A stretch of 64,000 nucleotides of DNA from Candidatus Pacearchaeota archaeon. GTDB lineage: Archaea; Nanobdellota; Nanobdellia; Pacearchaeales; GW2011-AR1. Position 1 is the first letter of the stretch. Each line of letters opens with the position of its first letter. The notes beneath the pieces were generated by a model. The model did not search any database. It was given only the letters and a program-made list of their open reading frames with translations, and was not told the origin of the DNA. The position numbers were made by a program, and so were the translations under genes. The stretch lies in assembly GCA_016188825.1 (NCBI GenBank), contig JACPHA010000005.1, positions 45-64,044 of the forward strand, read 5' to 3'. Shown in pieces: positions 53,546 to 60,398 of this stretch.

Positions 53546-53663
53546 AAGCTTCACTGAATATATTTAATAGGTAATTGGTGCTAAAACGCTCCAATCAAAA
53601 CCATTAAAAAAATAATACATTAATACGTTTTAAAAAGCCAGTTTAGACTACATTTAATTGTCA

Positions 53664-53743
53664 GACATTAATTAATTTCTAAAAACCTCATTTATTATAG
53701 TTATAATATATATTATTAATAACCGGTTAAAGAGTTAGTGCTG
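53664..53743 (+). promoter_or_regulatory. Conserved ~80 bp upstream element, copy B (~120 nt before the ATG at 53863)
   Basis: gacattaattaatttctaaaaacctcatttattatagttataatatatattattaataaccggttaaagagttagtgctg aligns with copies A and C. Confidence 0.6.
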
Positions 53744-53862
53744 ATTTCAATTAATTACCTATTTATAATATTTTCTCGCCGAATCAAAAGAGTCGCTAAT
53801 TGTTTTAATCTCCCAACATAATTTTTAGAAAGCTATAAAAAGTATTTAATTTTTTATATGTC

Positions 53863-55041
53863 ATGAAATTAAAAAGAGGCAACCTATATTTTTTTTTATT
53901 TTCAATTATATTTATTTTAGAATATGTTGAGGCTGCGCCCATAGGAGTTACTCCGGCAGGGTATGACGTTAATTTTGAGCCGGGTTTAAGTCAAGTTTTT
54001 AGCTTTTATTTTGGAATAGATGATACTTCTGCTAAATATGAAGTATATGTGCTGGGAGATTTGTCAGATTATGTGAAGATAAGCAGAGATGAGCTGAATG
54101 GCCCCGGAAATGTCAATGTTCTTTTACAACTTCCAGACAAAATTGAAAAGCCGGGAGTTCATAGAATAAGAGTTGGAATAAATAAAATTGGCGGAGGACA
54201 ACAGGGAGCAATCAGCGTTGTTGCAAGCGTAGTCGGAGTGATAGATGTAAGAGTTCCATATCCTGGTAAATATGCAGAGATTCAATTTAGTGCAACAAAT
54301 GCAAATGTCGGAGAGCCTGTTGAATTTAAATTAACAATAAGTAGTCTAGGACACGAAACAATTTTAGCTGATTCAAGAGTTGAACTTTATGATTCAAGGG
54401 GAAAGAAAGTAGACACAATTGATATGGGAACCAATGAAATTTCTTCTACTGAAACAAGAGAGATTGTTAAGAATGTTGATACGAAAAATTATGCTGCCGG
54501 AAGCTATAAAGCAGTCGCAGTAGTTGATTATGGCGGCGAGAAACCGGCAAGCGCAGAAGCGGATTTTAGGCTTGGCGAGCTTTTTGTTGATATTGTGAAC
54601 CACACAAAAGAATTTGAAAGGGGAAAGATAAATAAGATGGACATTCAGATTGAGAGCCATTGGAATGACCCGATAGAAAATGTTTACGGAGAAGTTTTTA
54701 TTTTGGGTTATAATATTCCTTCATTTTTGACTCCTTCTGTAAATTTGGATAAATTCGGCAAGGCGATTTTAACGGGTTATTTTGATACAACAACTATTGA
54801 TAAAAACAAATTTCAAGCCAAGGTTGTTTTGCGTTACAAAGGCAAAACAACAGAAAAAACAGTAGACTTGAGATTCAAAAGAGAAGTTAATAAATTAGCT
54901 GTTGGAATAATGATTGTAAGTTTGCTGATTGTGATAGTTTTGATATTGTTAATAATTATAAATAGAAGAAGGAGAAAAGAAGCAAGAGAAGATGTTATTA
55001 AAAGAATAATTGGAAAAAATGAAAAAAAGAAGAAAAAATAA
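53863..55041 (+). CDS. Surface protein, beta-sandwich repeats with C-terminal TM anchor
   Basis: 392 aa. Signal peptide, GVTPAGYDVNFEPGLSQVFSFYF, a PYPGKYAE motif, and TM LAVGIMIVSLLIVIVLILLIII followed by NRRRRK. Confidence 0.75.
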   Translation: MKLKRGNLYFFLFSIIFILEYVEAAPIGVTPAGYDVNFEPGLSQVFSFYFGIDDTSAKYEVYVLGDLSDYVKISRDELNGPGNVNVLLQLPDKIEKPGVHRIRVGINKIGGGQQGAISVVASVVGVIDVRVPYPGKYAEIQFSATNANVGEPVEFKLTISSLGHETILADSRVELYDSRGKKVDTIDMGTNEISSTETREIVKNVDTKNYAAGSYKAVAVVDYGGEKPASAEADFRLGELFVDIVNHTKEFERGKINKMDIQIESHWNDPIENVYGEVFILGYNIPSFLTPSVNLDKFGKAILTGYFDTTTIDKNKFQAKVVLRYKGKTTEKTVDLRFKREVNKLAVGIMIVSLLIVIVLILLIIINRRRRKEAREDVIKRIIGKNEKKKKK

Positions 55042-55474
55042 ATTTGAAAAAAAATTTAGAGGAATATATTTTTATATTTTGTTTTTAATTGCTGTTATTA
55101 TAGTATTTTTTTCTGTTTTGCTCTGGGTTTCAGGACCAATTGAAACAAAAGAATTTGATGTTAGGTTTAGTGTTAAGAATGAAGTGGGGGGATTTGATTT
55201 GAACGGCACAGCTTTAACTTATGGCATAATTCCTTTGGGGGGAGCAGGCGTTAGAACAGTTATAATTGGGAATTATCATGAATTTCCTGTTGAAGTTAAG
55301 ATTTTAGCAAACAGAGAAATTTTTGATTTCATTGACGCCCCAGAGAAAATTTTTCTTGGTGCTGGAGAAGAAAAGAATGTAACTATAAGAATAGAGATTC
55401 CAGAAGATGCAGAAGAGAAAGAATATAACGGGAAAATTAGGTTTGATACTTATTCTTTAAAGAATATTAAATGA
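55019..55474 (+). CDS. N-terminally anchored small surface protein
   Basis: The ORF track starts at TTG 55010; ATG 55019 is more plausible. Basic N-terminus, TM IYFYILFLIAVIIVFFSVLLWV, and a beta-rich domain ending IPEDAEEKEYNGKIRF. Confidence 0.6.
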   Translation: MKKRRKNKFEKKFRGIYFYILFLIAVIIVFFSVLLWVSGPIETKEFDVRFSVKNEVGGFDLNGTALTYGIIPLGGAGVRTVIIGNYHEFPVEVKILANREIFDFIDAPEKIFLGAGEEKNVTIRIEIPEDAEEKEYNGKIRFDTYSLKNIK

Positions 55475-55524
55475 TTTTCATCTGGAAATTTATTGGAAAT
55501 GAAAACCCCATGATTTATTAAATA

Positions 55525-55628
55525 TAGAGAATTGCGATAATTTGAATAATTTTTCTTGCGATTCTCTAAAGGATAATTGCTAAAAAACATAGATTAATCA
55601 ACACAATTCCTAATCAACACAATTATCC
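55525..55628. repeat. Intergenic hairpin pair with an internal 14 bp direct repeat
   Basis: TAGAGAATTGC (55525-55535) / GCGATTCTCTA (55558-55568), 11 bp with one G-U and a 22 nt loop. GGATAATTG (55571-55579) / CAATTATCC (55620-55628). TAATCAACACAATT occurs at 55594-55607 and 55611-55624. Confidence 0.6.
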
Positions 55629-55708
55629 ATAATTATGTTAAATATTTTAAACAACCAAGATGAGGCGAATTAAGGAAGTTTTTTATATTATGGTTTGTTT
55701 TTTTATTA

Positions 55709-57754
55709 ATGAAAAAGAGGAAGAATTTAATTAATTTTTTAGTTATTTTATTTGCAATTTTATTAATTTCATTTAATGCTATTTTTATTGGAAATAAACT
55801 TTTTTTTAGTAAGATTGTTCCTAGTTTAGAAATTGCTACTTTTAGTCCAGAAGGGATTGGAATAATAGGCTTGCTTATAATAAGCCAGAATTTAGAAATT
55901 TTTATTCATAGTCCACAGAACATTACATATTTTTTTACAATCAGCGATTGGCTTGATAGTAATTTAACGCTAGATTTGAATGTATCTTCAAATACTGAAA
56001 GCATGGACAAATGGTGGTACACATTAGAAGACGTTAGACATGGAGTTATAGTTAATAATTCTGTTTATTTTACACCGAACACAACAATCAATGCAGTAAG
56101 ATGGAATAATAAACTGACAGTTTATGCTAATGATACTTTTGGTCGATTTGCAAACACAAGCGTTGAATTTTTTATTTCAGTGCCAAATACTGCTCCGATA
56201 CTTGAACCAATTCCAGATGAAATGCTTGCTTGTGAAGGACAGCAATTTTCGCAACAAGTAAATGCGACAGATATTGATGAAGATGATTTGGATTTTGGTA
56301 TTGTTCCAAGCGGGCCATTTTTTATTGAGTTTGAGCCATTTGGAAGAAGATACAATTTAACCGTTGTTTACAACAACATATTCTCTGGATTTTTACAGAA
56401 AAACCATGCCGGGACACACCAGGAAACGGTTTCAGTTATCGATAATAATGGGGGCTCAGATTCAAAGCAGACAAATATTACAGTTATCGAAATTAATAAT
56501 AATCCTGCAATGGAGAATTTGACTATTTTTACAGTTTGGACGCAGGGAGATAACAGCACTTTTTATAAGGAAGTTCAGATAAATGATATTGAAAGTGGTT
56601 TACAGAGTTCTGGTAATTTTAATTTTAATTTAACTTTCCTTAATGGAGTGAAATTCTTTGATATCAATAAAAGCAGTGTTATGAACTTTACAGGAAACAC
56701 GAGCTTGATTGGAGTTTATAATATAAGTTTGTGCGTGACTGATCAGGCATTGGCAAATATTCATCCCAATATTAGTTTGTGTAATAACGATGGTTTGAAT
56801 AATACTGTTTGTGATACTTTTCAGGTTGTTGTTACGAATCAAAATAGGCAGCCGAGAATTTTGAGTTATTATCCTGCTAATTTGACTTTTAATGTCCAGG
56901 GAACAGACGGCCTGTACTTTAATATTTCAAAGCACGATCCAGACGGAGGAATACCGCCAGGGTATTGGTATGTTAACGGTGTTTTAAGAGAGTTAGATGA
57001 ATTTTCTAATTCAGATAATTTTACATTTAGTTTCGGCTGTGGTGTTTCTGGATTGCACTTTGTTAAGGCAGAGATAACAGACGGAGAATTAAATGATTCT
57101 GTGCAGTGGAATATTACAGTTAATGAGGTTGAATGTCCTTTGCCTTCTGCAGGCGGCGGAGGCGGAGGAGGTGGTGGAGGAGGGTGTAGCGAGAAGTGGG
57201 GTTGCTATGACTGGCAAATTTGTAAAAATGCTGTTTTTGGGCTTAGTCAAGGAGAATTGACGGGAGAAGATTACAGAAAGGTTAAGGAAAAATGCGCGGA
57301 GAAAAATTGGAATGATGAAATTTGCGGTTTTCAAATGAGAGAATGTGTTGATGTTAATTCTTGCGACAGAATACTTAACAGACCCATAATATTTCAGGAA
57401 TGCTTCTATACGGAAAATCCGACTTGCGATGATGGCATAAAAAATTGTCACACTAATGGCTGTGAATTGTTAGTTGATTGCGGAGGACCATGCGGGGCGT
57501 GTCCAACTTGCTCTGATGGAACACAAAATCAGGGAGAAGAAGAAATTGATTGCGGCGGACCATGTCCAAGACAATGTCCTGCTGAAAGCCCGTTAAGAAA
57601 AAATTGGTGGTGGTTGCTGATACTTTTAATATTATTGGTAACATTAATTATAACTATACGTAGATATTATATGCTAAGAAAAGAAGAGAGAGAAAGGGAA
57701 GAAAAGGAAAAAACATTAAAGAGAAGCAGTATTATGCCTGGTGTTGGAAAGTAA
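55709..57754 (+). CDS. Surface protein: Ig/cadherin-like repeats + poly-Gly hinge + Cys-rich module + TM anchor
   Basis: 681 aa paralog of 34326..35753. LACEGQQFSQQVNATDIDEDDLDFGIVP, a hinge of 11 Gly (~57150-57185), CSEKWGCYDWQIC...CSDGTQNQGEEEIDCGGPCPRQC, and TM WWWLLILLILLVTLIITI. Confidence 0.75.
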   Translation: MKKRKNLINFLVILFAILLISFNAIFIGNKLFFSKIVPSLEIATFSPEGIGIIGLLIISQNLEIFIHSPQNITYFFTISDWLDSNLTLDLNVSSNTESMDKWWYTLEDVRHGVIVNNSVYFTPNTTINAVRWNNKLTVYANDTFGRFANTSVEFFISVPNTAPILEPIPDEMLACEGQQFSQQVNATDIDEDDLDFGIVPSGPFFIEFEPFGRRYNLTVVYNNIFSGFLQKNHAGTHQETVSVIDNNGGSDSKQTNITVIEINNNPAMENLTIFTVWTQGDNSTFYKEVQINDIESGLQSSGNFNFNLTFLNGVKFFDINKSSVMNFTGNTSLIGVYNISLCVTDQALANIHPNISLCNNDGLNNTVCDTFQVVVTNQNRQPRILSYYPANLTFNVQGTDGLYFNISKHDPDGGIPPGYWYVNGVLRELDEFSNSDNFTFSFGCGVSGLHFVKAEITDGELNDSVQWNITVNEVECPLPSAGGGGGGGGGGGCSEKWGCYDWQICKNAVFGLSQGELTGEDYRKVKEKCAEKNWNDEICGFQMRECVDVNSCDRILNRPIIFQECFYTENPTCDDGIKNCHTNGCELLVDCGGPCGACPTCSDGTQNQGEEEIDCGGPCPRQCPAESPLRKNWWWLLILLILLVTLIITIRRYYMLRKEEREREEKEKTLKRSSIMPGVGK

Positions 57755-57902
57755 AAATAGTTGCTTAGCGGAAATCAGCACAGCATGTTAATTATTCTTG
57801 GAATTAAGTGATGTAGCATTTTAGCACCAATGAAAAACCCTAGAACCATAAATATGAATCAATAAGACTTTAAACACCAATTTAGCTCATATTTGAATGT
57901 CT

Positions 57903-57981
57903 GGCATTAATTAATCTCCCAAACCCAATTTATAATACTTATAAGGGCGATTGTTAATAATCTACTAAAATATTGGTGTGG
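57903..57981 (+). promoter_or_regulatory. Conserved ~80 bp upstream element, copy C (~108 nt before the ATG at 58089)
   Basis: ggcattaattaatctcccaaacccaatttataatacttataagggcgattgttaataatctactaaaatattggtgtgg aligns with copies A and B. Confidence 0.6.
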
Positions 57982-58088
57982 ATTTGCCTTAATTACCGGA
58001 ATTAATTACGTTTTAAATCCCATTGATTAATGAAAATATCGTAACCACTTTATTATTTTCTATTAGATAAATAATTATAAACGAATTT

Positions 58089-58622
58089 ATGGTCTATTTT
58101 TTATTATTTAATATGAAAAACGGAAAGTTAAATTTTATTAGGATTTTATTTTTAGTTTTTGTTTTTTTAGCAGGATTTATTTTGGGACAAATTTTTAATT
58201 TTAGTTTTGACAGTGAGAGAATTACGGGTTTTGATATTTTTTCTAATAAGATAACAGGTTATGCGATTGAGCCACCTTCGGATTTAATTGATGATAAGAA
58301 CATAATTATTTACCCGGACAAAGTTGTTATTCTGGTAGGGGGAGCAAGGCTAAACAATTACGAGGGAAGCGGCAGCATGTCCCCCTTGTTTGGAAAAAAT
58401 TCAAACGGAATAACGATTAAACCCAATAGCGAAGACGAAATAGCGGTTGGAGATATTGTAAGTTTTAGAAAAAATGATGAATTAATTGTTCATAGAGTTG
58501 TTGAGAAAGGTTTTGACAGAGAGGGAGTTTATTTTATTACTAAAGGAGATAATTCACAAGTTGTTGACGGAAAAATAAGGTTTTCAGAAATTGAGCATGT
58601 TTTAATTGGGGTTGTTTATTAG
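58089..58622 (+). CDS. Signal peptidase I, archaeal/ER (Sec11/SipW) type
   Basis: N-terminal TM, then GSGSMSPLF (Ser nucleophile box), GDIVSF, IVHRV (His in place of the bacterial Lys) and TKGDNS. An alternative start ATG is at 58113. Confidence 0.85.
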   Translation: MVYFLLFNMKNGKLNFIRILFLVFVFLAGFILGQIFNFSFDSERITGFDIFSNKITGYAIEPPSDLIDDKNIIIYPDKVVILVGGARLNNYEGSGSMSPLFGKNSNGITIKPNSEDEIAVGDIVSFRKNDELIVHRVVEKGFDREGVYFITKGDNSQVVDGKIRFSEIEHVLIGVVY

Positions 58623-58984
58623 TTATAGAAGGTTTTGAAAAGTTAATTCATCGTCAACTGCTCCGTATTTATGGACCAGAATGTTTCTAAATCCTTTCAT
58701 TTTATTTATGGTTTTTTCCATTTTTTTCGTAATAATTTTTTTATCTTTTAATTTCTTAAAGACTTCTTCCTCTTCTGACGGAATGCCCAGTTTTAAATTC
58801 GAGATTATAATATTTGTAATATCAATTAGCGTTTCTATTGAAATTTGCAACAATCTTTCACACGCCCGCTTTTTTTTATAGACTTAGAAAATTCTTAAAA
58901 ATCAGATGGCTTGCTTTTTTCCAATTCGTCCAAATAAGAGTTTAATTCATCAATTTTTGAAAGTATTTTTTGTTTATCTATCAT
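58623..58984 (-). pseudogene. hepT: HepT (DUF86/HEPN) toxin gene, disrupted
   Basis: ATG 58984-58982 overlaps the mntA TGA (ATGA). The frame reads MIDKQKILSKIDELNSYLDELEKSKPSDF, then an in-frame TAA (58897-58895). A one-base shift in the A7 run (58871-58877) is then needed to join ..SIKK to KRACERLLQISIETL... The C-terminal 76 aa fragment (58623..58853) keeps the R-x4-H motif RNILVH. Confidence 0.7.
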
Positions 58985-59364
58985 TTTAGTTCTTCAATTT
59001 TTCCAAGATAATTATAGTATATTTTTTTATAAAATTCAAATTCCTTTATAGTAGAAAAAGCAATTTCATATAACAGAGATTCATTTTTACATAAAATTAT
59101 TTTTCCTTCTTTAAGTATTCTTTTTCTGATATATAGGGGGAGCTGTTGGAATATGGTTATGTCGAATTTCGAAGGAACGAGAGAAGAGTATTCCAGCTTA
59201 ATTCTAGACATTTTTAGAGCAGGATATTTTTTATCTAAAACAAGGCAAACATCAATGTCTCTGTAAGGTTCTTTTCTTGCGTACGAGCCAAATAATAGCA
59301 CAGCTATAATCTCTTTGTTTCTTTTTATCTTTTCGATAATTTTTTTACTAAATAATTCTTTCAT
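58981..59364 (-). CDS. mntA: Nucleotidyltransferase (MntA-type antitoxin)
   Basis: 127 aa. LLFGSYARKEPYRDIDVCLV is the G-S-x(n)-D-x-D minimal nucleotidyltransferase motif. It lies directly upstream of the HEPN remnant. Confidence 0.85.
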   Translation of the reverse strand: MKELFSKKIIEKIKRNKEIIAVLLFGSYARKEPYRDIDVCLVLDKKYPALKMSRIKLEYSSLVPSKFDITIFQQLPLYIRKRILKEGKIILCKNESLLYEIAFSTIKEFEFYKKIYYNYLGKIEELK

Positions 59365-59447
59365 TTTTCAAACAGAGAAATTCAACTTATATATTTTTGC
59401 TTTATGCTGTATTTATAAAAAAATAAAAAAGAAAAAATAAAAATTTA

Positions 59448-60152
59448 TTAGATATTTTTACAAGCCCCGCTTGAGCAACGAGCGGTTTGGTTGCACTCGT
59501 ATGTAGAGTTAATTGCGAAATTTCCAGAGCAATACCACTCTAAAAGATTTGTGCTAGTTAAACAGGTGTCATTATAGCTATAGAAGCTTCGATACCCTCT
59601 AGTGCCTGAAACAATTCCAAATGCTCCGGGTAAGAATCCGCCATCTGTTTCTGCGCATGTGTAGCATATATTGTTCTCGTCTATTATTCCATCGCAGTCA
59701 TTGTCTTTAAGATCGCAAGTCTCTGTTGTTGGTCCGATGCTTCCTTGACAAGTTCCCCAATTTCCTATAGAACAAGTTTGTGTTCCTGCTTGGCATTCGC
59801 CAACATCGCTTCCACATGTTCTTGTTAACTGTTCGTCAATTAAGCCATCACAATCGTCATCTAGGTTGTTGCAAGTTTCTGGAGCAGGGTCGCATTCTGT
59901 GTTGTCTTCCGCGCTAGAGCATCCACTGTCTCCTTTTATGGCTCCTGTTACAGATCTGCATCCTATTCTATTACCAATGTAGTCGCAATAACCGTCATTG
60001 TCATTGTCCCATCTGTCAGAACATTCCGGGAGACTTCCGTCAGGGGAGAAACTTATAACATCTGTTAGGAAAAGCATTTCTGCAACGACCGCGGCAAGCA
60101 CGACAACTACTATTACTGCAGTAATTGTCTTAGTTTTTTTATCCATTTTCAC
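59448..60152 (-). CDS. Secreted Cys-rich protein with MopE-type C-x-D-x-D-C-D-G repeats
   Basis: 234 aa. Signal anchor AVIVVVVLAAVVAEMLFL. Repeats CSDRWDNDNDGYCDY, CNNLDDDCDGLIDE and CDLKDNDCDGIIDE. About 30 Cys. Confidence 0.7.
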   Translation of the reverse strand: MKMDKKTKTITAVIVVVVLAAVVAEMLFLTDVISFSPDGSLPECSDRWDNDNDGYCDYIGNRIGCRSVTGAIKGDSGCSSAEDNTECDPAPETCNNLDDDCDGLIDEQLTRTCGSDVGECQAGTQTCSIGNWGTCQGSIGPTTETCDLKDNDCDGIIDENNICYTCAETDGGFLPGAFGIVSGTRGYRSFYSYNDTCLTSTNLLEWYCSGNFAINSTYECNQTARCSSGACKNI

Positions 60153-60398
60153 CTCCTTTTTATTTCTTAAATATTATAAAAGAGAGTTTTTTGGTATATA
60201 TATCGGTAGTAACTTTAGATTCTGTTAACTTAAAAGGTGATAAATATTCCAGATGGTTTAGATTTGGGATAATAAAGTTTCATAATAAATTAATATTTGG
60301 GGCTTGTTGAGATAATTATATGATTTCAAGTCAGAATTAACGATAAATTTCTATTTTATCACCCGCCGGCTTAACAAAATCAATTATTATTATATATA

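Noticed and set aside
53371-53560. A tRNA or other canonical RNA gene in the GC-rich intergenic segment.
   Set aside because: No cloverleaf could be drawn: there is no GTTCRAATC-type T-loop and no acceptor/T-arm geometry, and I saw no C/D box pair. It is kept only as an unclassified structured candidate.
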